Below are positions 1 to 9,870 of a stretch of DNA of 64,000 bases, piece by piece. The first letter of the stretch is position 1. The number at the start of each line of letters is the position of its first letter. The notes under the pieces are model-generated. The model saw only the letters and a list, made by a program, of their open reading frames with translations, ran no database searches and was not told the origin of the DNA. The stretch is taken from the NCBI GenBank assembly GCA_046045965.1, contig JBJOKS010000004.1, forward strand, positions 96,001-160,000, in the 5' to 3' direction. The position numbers and the translations under genes are program-made. Source of the DNA: Cyanobacteriota bacterium (GTDB lineage Bacteria; Cyanobacteriota; Cyanobacteriia; Cyanobacteriales; Nostocaceae).

Positions 1-517
1 CATTTTTTAGCTTTGCTAATAAACCTATTTTTCCTAATTCTTCAGAGGCAGGTGGTATTTCTGATTTCCAGTGATAATTCAAATCTCTTAACCAAGAGAT
101 CATGAGAGTTTTCAAATAGAATTGAAATATTTTTTTATCGCAAAATTCTGAATCATAATGGCTGATAATTTTTCCTGTATTTAATGATATTTCTAGTTTG
201 CGAAATACACCATTAGTAGATTTAAAAATATTGATTTCTGTTAAATTTGCTGATATAGCAAATCTAGGGTTTTCCTGAGAGTTTTGTAAATATAGGTTAA
301 TGACTTTTGATAAATTATTTTCATGATTTTCTAGATTTTCTTGGATGTTGACATTTGCTAATAATGCAATTTGCTGATTTTGATCTAAAACAATAATATC
401 TGGAGAATGTAGTTGAAATAAACTTTCTATTTTTTCTGGTGAATTAACTTGATTATTCCAAATATTAGAAATTAGTCTGATTTTAACTAATTCTTCTGGT
501 TTATCTAAGCTAAACAT
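1..517 (-). CDS. Hypothetical protein, partial (runs off the window edge)
   Basis: ATG at 517 with GGAGA upstream, just after the ispF stop; manual translation is open to the edge (MFSLDKPEELVKIRL...WLRDLNYHWKSEIPPASEELGKIGLLAKLKN). Confidence 0.7.
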   Translation of the reverse strand, partial: MFSLDKPEELVKIRLISNIWNNQVNSPEKIESLFQLHSPDIIVLDQNQQIALLANVNIQENLENHENNLSKVINLYLQNSQENPRFAISANLTEINIFKSTNGVFRKLEISLNTGKIISHYDSEFCDKKIFQFYLKTLMISWLRDLNYHWKSEIPPASEELGKIGLLAKLKN

Positions 518-532
518 TTTTCCATTCTCCTA

Positions 533-1015
533 TTAATCACCTGTTACCAACAAAACCACAGCATAAGCACAAATCCCTTCTTCTCTGCCAGTTGGTCCCA
601 ATTTTTCATTAGTTGTAGCTTTGACACCAACTTGATTAGATTCTAATTCTAAAACCGCTGCTAATTTATCCCGCATTGTAACGATATGGGGTTTTAATTT
701 GGGACGTTCTGCAACAACGACAGAATCAATATTGCCGATTTTCCAACCTTGGTCACGAATTAACTGATTAACTTGTTTTAATAATACAAGACTATCAGCC
801 CCTTTCCATTGGGGATCACTGGGGGGGAAGTAATGGCCAATATCCCCTAAAGATAATGCTCCCAGCATAGCGTCCATGATGGCGTGAGTGAGAACATCAG
901 CATCACTGTGTCCTAACAAACCGAGTTCATGGGGAATGTGAACACCGCCTAAAATTAAATTGCGATCGCTCACCAATCTGTGAATATCGTAGCCGTTACC
1001 AATTCTGATGTTCAT
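533..1015 (-). CDS. ispF: 2-C-methyl-D-erythritol 2,4-cyclodiphosphate synthase
   Basis: [22 protein letters not shown] and KATTNEKLG motifs. Confidence 0.98.
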   Translation of the reverse strand: MNIRIGNGYDIHRLVSDRNLILGGVHIPHELGLLGHSDADVLTHAIMDAMLGALSLGDIGHYFPPSDPQWKGADSLVLLKQVNQLIRDQGWKIGNIDSVVVAERPKLKPHIVTMRDKLAAVLELESNQVGVKATTNEKLGPTGREEGICAYAVVLLVTGD

Positions 1016-1023
1016 AAAAAATA

Positions 1024-1155
1024 GAAGTTCAGGAGTTCAGAAGTTCAGAAGTTCAGGAGTTCAGGAGTCAGAAGGTAAATATTTCTCCCCAGTCACCAGT
1101 CACCAGTCACCAGTCACCAGTCCCTAGTCCCCAGTCCCTAGTCCCCAGTCCCCTG
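1024..1155. repeat. STRR-type tandem repeats (AGRAGTTC 8-mers, then CCAGTCA/CCAGTCC 7-mers)
   Basis: Tandem units read directly; typical of heterocystous cyanobacteria. Confidence 0.9.
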
Positions 1156-1842
1156 TCTCTCTTGTTCCCATTTTTCCAGCAAATCGGGACGACGGGAAGC
1201 GGTGCGTTGAATTTGTTGTTGAAAACGCCAACGGGCAATTTCCGCATGATTACCACTTAGTAGCACATCTGGCACTTTCCAACCGCGAAAATCCGCTGGA
1301 CGGGTATACTGAGGAAAATCTAATAAACCTTCCTCAAAACTCTCTGCTTTGAGAGATTCTACCTTACCCACAGTTCCTGGGAGGAGACGCACCACCCCAT
1401 TAATTAAAGCCATCGCCGGAATTTCTCCACCAGTGAGAATAAAATCACCTAAAGAGACTTCACGAGTGATCAAATTCAAAACTCTGTCATCTACGCCTTC
1501 ATAATGACCACAAATCACCACCAATTGGTCATAATTAGCCGCTAATTCTCGCAGGAGGGGCTGATTTATCGTTTGACCTTGGGGACTCATCAAAATCACC
1601 TCTTGGCGCGGTAGAATCGGCAGCGACTCCACAGCAGCAAAAATTGGTTCAGGCTTCATCAGCATTCCCACACCCCCCCCGTAGGGTTCATCATCGACCT
1701 TACGATGCTTATCAGTGGTAAAATCCCTGGGATTAACCAGATTTACTTCAGCAATCTGCTTGGCTAGGGCTTTACCCAAAAGACCGGAACTGAGAACCGA
1801 GCTAAAACAATCAGGAAAAAGCGTAACTATATCAAAACGCAC
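1138..1842 (-). CDS. trmD: tRNA (guanine37-N1)-methyltransferase
   Basis: VDDEPYGGGVGM, CGHYEGVDDR, SLGDFILTGGE and PQYTRP motifs. Confidence 0.98.
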   Translation of the reverse strand: MRFDIVTLFPDCFSSVLSSGLLGKALAKQIAEVNLVNPRDFTTDKHRKVDDEPYGGGVGMLMKPEPIFAAVESLPILPRQEVILMSPQGQTINQPLLRELAANYDQLVVICGHYEGVDDRVLNLITREVSLGDFILTGGEIPAMALINGVVRLLPGTVGKVESLKAESFEEGLLDFPQYTRPADFRGWKVPDVLLSGNHAEIARWRFQQQIQRTASRRPDLLEKWEQERQGTGD

Positions 1843-2062
1843 AGTAATTCGTATTTAATGACACTAAGATGAGATTGGAACATTTAACGTAAATTGCCAA
1901 GGAGTTCAGGAGTCAGGAGAATGGCTTGCACCACGCTACGCTATCGAGGAGTCAGAATAATTTACTTTTTTCCCATTTTCCCATCACTCCATTTTTACCC
2001 CGCCCGTTAAATGTTCCCCAGAAGTCAAAGGCAGGTAAAACTGGAGATAAACTGGATCAACA

Positions 2063-2076
2063 GTATCTAAAATTAC
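2063..2076. promoter_or_regulatory. NtcA-binding site upstream of cphB
   Basis: GTA-TCTAAAAT-TAC fits GTA-N8-TAC; cphBA is NtcA-regulated in Anabaena. Confidence 0.75.
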
Positions 2077-2556
2077 CAGAATTTTTGGCTTTTTGGTGGA
2101 AGCAAAAGTTTTTCTAATTACTTAATTTATGTTTAAATATTGTCACAACTAAATTTAAATTAATAATCCCACCAAAGTTAACAACTTCCAGGATGCATCA
2201 AGCCAGCCTCTGAAAAAGAGTGTCAAGACTTGCAAAGCCCCCCAACTTAAAGGGTGAACCTAGCCTTCAAGCACTATTTTATCTTGCCAGTCTGGAATAA
2301 GTAGATAGGTGAAAAACAAGGCACTGGCGATGAGGAACAGTAACGGACATGACAGAATTGAGGCTTCGTGTGCGTTTAAGGAGAAGTTGGAGAGACAAAT
2401 TTCGCCACTCCACACTGATCAAAAGAGTCCTCTCAAAGCAGCAAAGGGCGAAAATCAACAGGCTACTAAACCTTGTTAAATTCACACGCCATTCGCCACA
2501 AGCCGGGGGAACCGTCCAAGGCGATGGCTTCTGAAGTTGTTGACCAAAGAAACACA

Positions 2557-3420
2557 ATGCAGCAATTAAAAGCTAAATCGCTGGAAATGAGGACACCCCA
2601 AGCAACTAAAACCGCCGTTCTAGTTATCGGAGGCGCAGAAGACAAAGTTCACGGACGCGAAATCTTGCGGACTTTTGTTGCTCGTGCTGGTGCTAGCAAG
2701 GCATATATTACAATTGTTCCATCTGCCTCCCGCGAACCAGCCATCATTGGTGGTCGGTATATTCGCATTTTTGAAGAAATGGGTGCTGAAAAGGTTGAGA
2801 TTTTAGACATTCGCGAACGCGAACAATGCGAAAACTCTCAAATTAAAGCATCCTTAGAAGCCTGTACTGGGGTCTTTTTAACAGGAGGGGATCAATTACG
2901 CCTCTGTGGAGTTCTGTCAGATACACCAGCGATGGAAATTATCCGCCAGCGGGTGAGAGCAGGACAACTAACCCTAGCAGGGACCAGTGCAGGGGCGGCG
3001 GTGATGGGACATCACATGATTGCAGGTGGAGGTAGTGGGGAAACGCCCAATCGTTCCCTGGTTGATATGGCAACAGGCTTGGGATTTATTCCCGAAGTCA
3101 TTGTGGATCAGCACTTTCATAACCGCAATCGGATGGGAAGATTGATTAGTGCGATCGCCGCTCATCCAGATCGCCTTGGCATTGGCATTGATGAAGATAC
3201 CTGTGCTGTGTTTGAACGTGATGGTTGGTTGCAAGTCATGGGTAAAGGTAGCGTGACAATTGTTGATCCTACAGAACTCACCCATACCAATGAACCCCAT
3301 GTCAGTGCTAACGAACCCTTGACTGTACATAACTTACGTCTACATATCCTCAGCTACGGAGATCGCTTCCATCTTTACCAACGTACTGTTTTACCTGCTG
3401 TGCATCGGATCTCCAGCTGA
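2557..3420 (+). CDS. cphB: Cyanophycinase (alternative start ATG at 2524)
   Basis: IGGAEDK, FLTGGDQ, GTSAGA (catalytic Ser), DQHF and GIDEDT motifs; directly upstream of cphA. Confidence 0.97.
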   Translation: MQQLKAKSLEMRTPQATKTAVLVIGGAEDKVHGREILRTFVARAGASKAYITIVPSASREPAIIGGRYIRIFEEMGAEKVEILDIREREQCENSQIKASLEACTGVFLTGGDQLRLCGVLSDTPAMEIIRQRVRAGQLTLAGTSAGAAVMGHHMIAGGGSGETPNRSLVDMATGLGFIPEVIVDQHFHNRNRMGRLISAIAAHPDRLGIGIDEDTCAVFERDGWLQVMGKGSVTIVDPTELTHTNEPHVSANEPLTVHNLRLHILSYGDRFHLYQRTVLPAVHRISS

Positions 3421-3429
3421 CGGGATAGA

Positions 3430-3443
3430 GTATCTGAGGTTAC
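3430..3443. promoter_or_regulatory. NtcA-like site between cphB and cphA
   Basis: GTA-TCTGAGGT-TAC fits GTA-N8-TAC. Confidence 0.6.
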
Positions 3444-3591
3444 ACTGTGTTGACCGCGCACCTATTTTCTGTGGCAAAAAAATTAGACACATACTATCTA
3501 AAAAGAAAAAACTGTTTGTCATGAACAGTTTAGCGGTCAATTTCAGTAAGAAACTAGAATTTTGGTTCCGAATCTCCATCTACCTATTCCC

Positions 3592-6294
3592 ATGAGAATC
3601 CTCAAGATCCAGACCTTACGCGGCCCAAACTACTGGAGCATTCGACGCCATAAACTAGTCGTCATGCGCCTAGATTTAGAAACTCTCGCTGAAACACCCT
3701 CAAATCAAATCCCTGGCTTTTATGAAGGATTAGTTGAGGCTCTGCCAAGTCTGGAGGGTCACTATTGTTCGCCGGGCTGTCGTGGCGGTTTTTTGATGCG
3801 TGTACGAGAAGGCACTATGATGGGTCATATCGTAGAACACGTAGCTTTAGAACTCCAGGAATTAGCTGGAATGCACGTAGGTTTTGGCCGCACCCGTGAG
3901 ACTGCCACACCTGGGGTTTACCAGGTAGTGATTGAGTACATAAATGAGGAAGCGGGACGTTATGCCGGACGTGCAGCGGTACGGCTGTGTCAAAGTATTG
4001 TTGATCGGGGCCGTTATCCCAAGGCAGAACTAGAGCAAGACATCCAAGACCTCAAAGACTTTTGGCGTGATGCTTCCCTTGGTCCTTCTACAGAAGCAAT
4101 TGTTAAAGAAGCAGAAAAAAGAGGCATTCCTTGGATGCCTTTAGCAGCACGTTTTCTGATTCAACTCGGCTATGGTGTCAATCAGAAGCGAATGCAGGCC
4201 ACAATGACCGATAACACAGGCATTCTCGGTGTAGAACTAGCTTGTGATAAAGAAGCCACTAAACGCATCCTCGCCGCCAATGGTGTACCAGTACCCAGAG
4301 GCACGGTGATCAACTTCTTGGATGATTTAGAAGAAGCCATTGATCATGTTGGTGGTTATCCCATAGTCATCAAGCCCCTAGATGGTAATCATGGGCGCGG
4401 TATCACCATTGATATCAGAAGTTGGGATGAAGCTGAAGCAGCATATCAAGCGGCCAGACAGGTTTCCCGTTCTATTATTGTGGAACGCTATTATGTCGGG
4501 CGTGACCATCGAGTATTAGTTGTTGATGGCAAGGTTGTCGCCGTCGCTGAACGAGTACCAGCTCATGTAGTTGGTAATGGTAGATCCACCATCGCTGAAC
4601 TGATTGAGGAAACTAACCAAGATCCCAATCGCGGTGAAGGTCATGATAACGTCCTTACCAAAATTGAACTAGACCGTACCAGCTACCAGCTATTAGAACG
4701 GCAAGGCTACACCATCAAAAGTGTACCTCCCAAGGGGACAATTTGTTATCTGCGGGCAACGGCTAACCTGAGTACAGGTGGGATCGCTGTAGACCGCACC
4801 GACGAAATTCACCCGGAAACCGTTTGGTTAGCACAACGAGTAGTCAAGATTATCGGTTTGGATATTGCCGGTCTGGATGTGGTTACTACGGATATTAGCC
4901 TTCCCTTGAGAGAAGTGGATGGTGTAATTGTAGAAGTTAACGCTGCCCCTGGTTTTCGGATGCACGTCGCCCCCAGTCAGGGTACTCCTCGCAACGTCGC
5001 CGGTGCAGTCATGGATATGCTGTTTCCCAATGAAAAACCCAGCAGCATTCCCATCCTCAGCATCACAGGCACTAATGGTAAAACTACTACAACTCGTCTG
5101 TTAGCACATATCTATAAGCAAACAGGTAAAGTTGTCGGTTATACCACAACTGATGGGACTTATATCGGTGATTTCTTGGTAGAAGCTGGAGATAATACCG
5201 GTCCCCAAAGCGCCCATGTTATCCTGCAAGACCCAACGGTAGAGGTGGCTGTATTAGAATCGGCACGTGGTGGTATTCTCCGTTCTGGTTTAGGCTTTGA
5301 GGCTGCTAATGTTGGTGTGGTGCTGAATGTGGCCGCAGATCATTTAGGCATTGGTGATATTGATACTATCGAGCAATTAGCTAACCTCAAAAGCGTAGTT
5401 GCAGAAGCTGTATTCCCTGATGGCTATGCTGTTCTTAATGCTGATGATCACCGTGTAGCCGCAATGGCAGAAAAAACAAAAGCCAATATTGCCTACTTTA
5501 CCATGAATCCCGACTCGGAACTGGTGCGAAACCATATCCAAAAGGGAGGAGTGGCAGCAGTATATGAAAATGGCTATCTGTCAATTGTCAAAGGTGATTG
5601 GACACACCGCATAGAAAGAGCAGAAAATATACCATTAACAATGGGCGGAAAAGCGCCATTTATGATTGCCAATGCTTTAGCCGCAAGTTTGGCAGCTTTT
5701 GTCCAAAATGTGACTATTGAACAAATTCGGGCTGGGTTAAGGACTTTCCGCGCTTCAGTTAGTCAAACTCCGGGCAGAATGAATTTGTTTAATTTGGGTA
5801 AATACCATGCTTTGGTAGATTATGCCCATAACCCTGCTAGTTACGAAGCTTTAGGTTCTTTTGTCCGCAATTGGACGACGGGACAGCGCATAGGAGTAGT
5901 AGGGGGACCTGGCGATCGCCGTGATGAAGATTTTGTCACTCTGGGTAAATTATCAGCAGATATCTTTGACTACATGATTGTCAAGGAAGATGATGACACT
6001 AGAGGAAGATTACGGGGTTCGGCTTCAGATTTGATTATTCAGGGTATTACCCAAGCCAAGCCTAATTCCCGTTTTGAATCAATTCTGGATGAAACCCAAG
6101 CCATTAATAAAGCCTTAGATATGGCTCCTGATGGTAGTCTAGTGGTAATTTTACCGGAAAGTGTGAGTCGCGCTATTCGGTTAATTAAGGTGCGGGGTGT
6201 ACAGGAAGAAATTCAGCCACAAAGTGCAAATACTACGATTAATGATTCCCAAAATGGGGTAGCACCTTCTTCTGTGGTTAATACCCTACTCTAA
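3592..6294 (+). CDS. cphA: Cyanophycin synthetase
   Basis: MRILKIQTLRGPNYWS start, ATP-grasp region (KPLDGNHGRG), Mur-ligase-like GTNGKTTT and DYAHN. Confidence 0.98.
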   Translation: MRILKIQTLRGPNYWSIRRHKLVVMRLDLETLAETPSNQIPGFYEGLVEALPSLEGHYCSPGCRGGFLMRVREGTMMGHIVEHVALELQELAGMHVGFGRTRETATPGVYQVVIEYINEEAGRYAGRAAVRLCQSIVDRGRYPKAELEQDIQDLKDFWRDASLGPSTEAIVKEAEKRGIPWMPLAARFLIQLGYGVNQKRMQATMTDNTGILGVELACDKEATKRILAANGVPVPRGTVINFLDDLEEAIDHVGGYPIVIKPLDGNHGRGITIDIRSWDEAEAAYQAARQVSRSIIVERYYVGRDHRVLVVDGKVVAVAERVPAHVVGNGRSTIAELIEETNQDPNRGEGHDNVLTKIELDRTSYQLLERQGYTIKSVPPKGTICYLRATANLSTGGIAVDRTDEIHPETVWLAQRVVKIIGLDIAGLDVVTTDISLPLREVDGVIVEVNAAPGFRMHVAPSQGTPRNVAGAVMDMLFPNEKPSSIPILSITGTNGKTTTTRLLAHIYKQTGKVVGYTTTDGTYIGDFLVEAGDNTGPQSAHVILQDPTVEVAVLESARGGILRSGLGFEAANVGVVLNVAADHLGIGDIDTIEQLANLKSVVAEAVFPDGYAVLNADDHRVAAMAEKTKANIAYFTMNPDSELVRNHIQKGGVAAVYENGYLSIVKGDWTHRIERAENIPLTMGGKAPFMIANALAASLAAFVQNVTIEQIRAGLRTFRASVSQTPGRMNLFNLGKYHALVDYAHNPASYEALGSFVRNWTTGQRIGVVGGPGDRRDEDFVTLGKLSADIFDYMIVKEDDDTRGRLRGSASDLIIQGITQAKPNSRFESILDETQAINKALDMAPDGSLVVILPESVSRAIRLIKVRGVQEEIQPQSANTTINDSQNGVAPSSVVNTLL

Positions 6295-6300
6295 TTTCCG

Positions 6301-6328
6301 GTAGGGATAATTTATCAATTGTCCCTAC
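6301..6328. repeat. GTAG-type REP-like palindrome, probable cphA 3' hairpin
   Basis: GTAGGGATAATT-TATC-AATTGTCCCTAC. Confidence 0.7.
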
Positions 6329-6463
6329 TGTTGATTTTTCTTGATGTTTTTGGTTCGTTAGGTCGTCGGTTTTTTTATTAGTTACTAACTAGGTTGGCGT
6401 TAAAAATTATCTTGATGGTATGCTTGGAGGAAAGAGGACGGTTAAGAACAAGATAATATTATT

Positions 6464-6763
6464 ATGAGGATTATTTCTACATCAAAACTAAAACAAGATG
6501 CTAATAAATATCCCGATTTAAAACAAATTATTGATAGTTGGTGTTTGGTAGTAAAAGGTGTTATCTGGAATCATTTAGAAGATGTTAAAAATGTTTACCC
6601 TAGCGCGGAAGCAGTGGGTAATTTTACAGTTTTTAATCTCAAAGGAAATAAATATCGTTTAATTGTGGGCATAGATTATATCAAACAAATTGTTTATTAT
6701 AAATATTTATTAACTCATGCAGAATATGATAAGGATAGGTGGAAAAATGATCCGTACTATTGA
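6464..6763 (+). CDS. higB: HigB-family mRNA interferase toxin
   Basis: MRIIS...YPSAEAVGNFTVFNLKGNKYRLIV...LTHAEYDK signature; toxin-first order. Confidence 0.92.
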   Translation: MRIISTSKLKQDANKYPDLKQIIDSWCLVVKGVIWNHLEDVKNVYPSAEAVGNFTVFNLKGNKYRLIVGIDYIKQIVYYKYLLTHAEYDKDRWKNDPYY

Positions 6764-7157
6764 TCGTAATGTTTATAGTCAACTCCTAGCTAAAGTTGCT
6801 CCTAAAATTATTGAAACTGAAGCAGAATATCAATCAGCATTACAAGAAGTTGAAAAGCTTTTATTTAACAAAAATCGAACCACCGAGGAAGATACTTTAT
6901 ATGATTTATTAGTGATGTTAGTAGAAAAATATGAAACCGAAAATCATTTTTTAGAACCTGCAAAACCTCTGCAAGTTCTACAACATTTGATGGAAGAAAG
7001 GGGAATGAATGAAGCAGATTTATTAAATATCTTAGGTCTTAAAGAAGGTGATCAGGAAATAGTAACCGCTATTCTCCAAGGTGATTGTAATATCAATGCA
7101 GAACAAGCTGAATCTTTAGGTAAATATTTTCATGTTCCGTCTAGTTTATTTGTTTGA
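6747..7157 (+). CDS. higA: HigA-family antitoxin (HTH)
   Basis: PKIIETEAEY...LVEKYE...LQHLMEERG plus HTH; overlaps the higB 3' end. Confidence 0.9.
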   Translation: MIRTIDRNVYSQLLAKVAPKIIETEAEYQSALQEVEKLLFNKNRTTEEDTLYDLLVMLVEKYETENHFLEPAKPLQVLQHLMEERGMNEADLLNILGLKEGDQEIVTAILQGDCNINAEQAESLGKYFHVPSSLFV

Positions 7158-7227
7158 TTATTGAAGGTGTACAATTAGACAATGAGTAAGTTTGTAAGTA
7201 ATGGTTGGTAAATTTATTTTGATATTT

Positions 7228-7605
7228 TCATTTTTTATCATATTTTCGTTGCCAGTAAGATTTACCAGCGCGAAATGCTGCTAAAGATAGAGATTTAGTT
7301 AATAATTTTTTCTGAGTATTTATTTCTGGTTGTTCTGATGCTGGTTCATTTCTGTCTTCAAAATCTGGTAACAATAAAATTACTATCAGAAACACACCTA
7401 TAATAATTGCAATAAACCCTTCTATTTTACCCCATGTAAACTTGATAAATAACTCGAACAATAGCATTATAAAGCCTGATATACCACGCCCTGTATAACC
7501 ATCGTCAAAATTATCCATGAAGTGAGGATAGTTAATTTCTAAAATACCGATTCCTATAAGTAGGAATGAAGGAATAATACATTTTATTCTTTCTATGATA
7601 GTCAT
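7228..7605 (-). CDS. Small membrane protein (2-3 hydrophobic segments)
   Basis: Hydrophobic segments; starts 2 nt after the upstream stop codon. Confidence 0.75.
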   Translation of the reverse strand: MTIIERIKCIIPSFLLIGIGILEINYPHFMDNFDDGYTGRGISGFIMLLFELFIKFTWGKIEGFIAIIIGVFLIVILLLPDFEDRNEPASEQPEINTQKKLLTKSLSLAAFRAGKSYWQRKYDKK

Positions 7606-7607
7606 TT

Positions 7608-8924
7608 TTATTTCTCTTCATAAGGTAAAAGATATAAACCAGGTGGTGTATTATCATCAGGTAGAATATCTTTACTACTTTTGACATTTTCACTTTCACA
7701 TAAAACCGCAAAAGATTGTAAACTATCTAATCTCGCTAAAAGTTCGCTGAGGGTATCTAAATATTCAGCTATAGCAATTTGGCGATGTGTCCAAATTTCA
7801 TCCCATTTGCTACTATATGACATTTCAAATTCGACATCTATATTAGTTTTTTTGCGGCGAATATCTTCAGGTGATAATGTAGAATCTTGGGGAGAAATTT
7901 GGGTAATTCTTTCTACTCGTTCCGGTGTAATATGGTCTTGAAAACGAGAATGTGTAAAGCGATAAGTTGTAGATAAATAAGGGTTTTCATCTGTAATTAA
8001 TTGAGTTGCCCAATTTTGGGATATTTGTTGAAATTTATCTACTTCTATGGTTAATAATTCTCTAGCTTCTTGATGTTGTCCAATTTCTAATAATAAGTTA
8101 GCTTCTGTTGCTGTTGCTACCGCCCAACCTTGAATAGCAATATCTGTATTTAGCATTAATTCCGCGTCTAATGCTGGGGAAATTTGTAACGCTTGATTTG
8201 ATAAAAATAATCGTACTCTATTAGCAACTTTTAAAGATTCTCTAGGTGATTCGTTGGGAAATAGTTTTCTGTCGTTTAATTCGGCATTTAATGAGGCAAT
8301 TTCTTTAATTATCATTGCTTGTTGAATATGAGAAATTGCTTTAGCTAAATTTTGTTGTTTTTGGCGATTATCTTCTACTAAAAGATATAAATAGGCAAGT
8401 TGTCCAGAAATTATATCTAATCTGTTTTCTACTCTATTTAAGCCTTTTTCTAAGTTATCAAAACCTTGAGTTAATTGATTTTCAATTCTATTTAAGCCAG
8501 ATTCGAGTCGTTCAAATCCTGCTTCCATTGACTGTTGAATTTGACCTAACTTGTTTTGAATTTGATGTAATTTATAACCCATGTAAGCAAAACCAGCAAT
8601 ACTTACTCCCAGGTTTAAAACACTTGCACCAGCAGCTATTTGAGTTAATCCCATTACTGATGATAAGGTTTTTTCAATTCCCATTAATTTATGATAGGTT
8701 AATCCATGACCTATAACATCTATTCCTCCTAATACGGGGGAAAATGGAATATTTACTAATTTGTTAGTTAGTCCTGGTGTTTCTGCTAAATGGCGAACTA
8801 TTTGACCTGCTTTTTCTGTACCAGCAGCCCAGCGAATAACGCTACCATAGCGTTGCATTGAACCATTTAATAAACCTTGGATAATTTCTGGACTGTTTAA
8901 TAAAAGAGTGGTATCAATTAACAT
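7608..8924 (-). CDS. Hypothetical protein with Gly/Ala-rich hydrophobic segment and coiled coil
   Basis: 438 aa, AGGAGA RBS; IAAGASVLNLGVSIAGFAYMGY followed by heptad repeats. Confidence 0.85.
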   Translation of the reverse strand: MLIDTTLLLNSPEIIQGLLNGSMQRYGSVIRWAAGTEKAGQIVRHLAETPGLTNKLVNIPFSPVLGGIDVIGHGLTYHKLMGIEKTLSSVMGLTQIAAGASVLNLGVSIAGFAYMGYKLHQIQNKLGQIQQSMEAGFERLESGLNRIENQLTQGFDNLEKGLNRVENRLDIISGQLAYLYLLVEDNRQKQQNLAKAISHIQQAMIIKEIASLNAELNDRKLFPNESPRESLKVANRVRLFLSNQALQISPALDAELMLNTDIAIQGWAVATATEANLLLEIGQHQEARELLTIEVDKFQQISQNWATQLITDENPYLSTTYRFTHSRFQDHITPERVERITQISPQDSTLSPEDIRRKKTNIDVEFEMSYSSKWDEIWTHRQIAIAEYLDTLSELLARLDSLQSFAVLCESENVKSSKDILPDDNTPPGLYLLPYEEK

Positions 8925-8941
8925 TTTATTATCTCCTAATT

Positions 8942-9772
8942 TTAACGATTATAAACTGCAAAATCTCCGTAGGCTTCCATTTGTAATCTAGGTGAAATGT
9001 TAAAATCAACTGTTAAATCACTTAATTTACGAAAAGCATCATATCTATCCAGTTGATTAACATTAGGTTGAAAACCTGGATCAATTCTTTTTAGTTGAAT
9101 ATAAACTAAACAAATATCATATTCTGATTCTTGTCCAGGTGATACTTGATAACGACTAATATTAGGTTGTATTGTTCTATAATCTGATTCTGAACCTGTC
9201 CATAAATATTTTGTCAGTTCATAGAGTTGTTCTCCATCATTAGAATCAATACTTCTTTTTTCTAAAATTGAATTAAGAAAATCTACTTGTGAAGCTGAAA
9301 TTACTAACACCAAAAACTGTTTAGTAATTCTTTGTACTGAAGGAGATGGAAGATTATAATCATATTTAGCAGGTCTTATTTCTAGACCACGAGTTTGTTT
9401 CTGAGGCTGTTTTTGTTTTTCATTATTAACTTTCCAAACCCAATAACCGATTGCTACAACGCCAAAAGCTATAACTACAGTAACTTTCATGTTTTCACTC
9501 CTGATATTAATTCTCTGACAAATATTATCAACCAAATAATATAATTTACTCCTTCTATTTATGAAATCTATTTTTTCCCATTCTTGATATAAATAATTAA
9601 TTAATGGTTTTATTTCAAATATATATACAGATTCATTCAAAATATAATTTTTAATATCATTATCTATTCCTAATTTACTACACCAAGCACGAACAGCAAT
9701 ATCTAGATTGTTAAGCGTGGTATTATCAGGGTGAAGTTGACTAGAAATTTCGTTGATTAATTGAAAGAACAT
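8942..9772 (-). CDS. Hypothetical single-pass membrane protein
   Basis: 276 aa; internal TM segment VTVVIAFGVVAIGYWVW followed by a basic/Gln linker. Confidence 0.8.
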   Translation of the reverse strand: MFFQLINEISSQLHPDNTTLNNLDIAVRAWCSKLGIDNDIKNYILNESVYIFEIKPLINYLYQEWEKIDFINRRSKLYYLVDNICQRINIRSENMKVTVVIAFGVVAIGYWVWKVNNEKQKQPQKQTRGLEIRPAKYDYNLPSPSVQRITKQFLVLVISASQVDFLNSILEKRSIDSNDGEQLYELTKYLWTGSESDYRTIQPNISRYQVSPGQESEYDICLVYIQLKRIDPGFQPNVNQLDRYDAFRKLSDLTVDFNISPRLQMEAYGDFAVYNR

Positions 9773-9870
9773 AATAAGATGTTAAACACAAAACAAAATA
9801 TAATCATTATAAATCATTCATTTGGGAATGGTCTTTATCCATTCCTGACAAATATTGAGCAAAAGCATAA

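Noticed and set aside
1024..1155. Tandem repeats as a possible CRISPR array (also 44066-44198, 59880-59935, 61280-61380)
   Set aside because: 7-9 bp units with no unique spacers and no cas genes; these are STRR-type repeats.
1926..2117. 63-aa ORF upstream of cphB
   Set aside because: TTG start, built partly from repeat fragments, and it overlaps the NtcA/promoter region.
2279..2557. 92-aa minus-strand ORF
   Set aside because: Antisense to the cphB leader, no recognisable motif.
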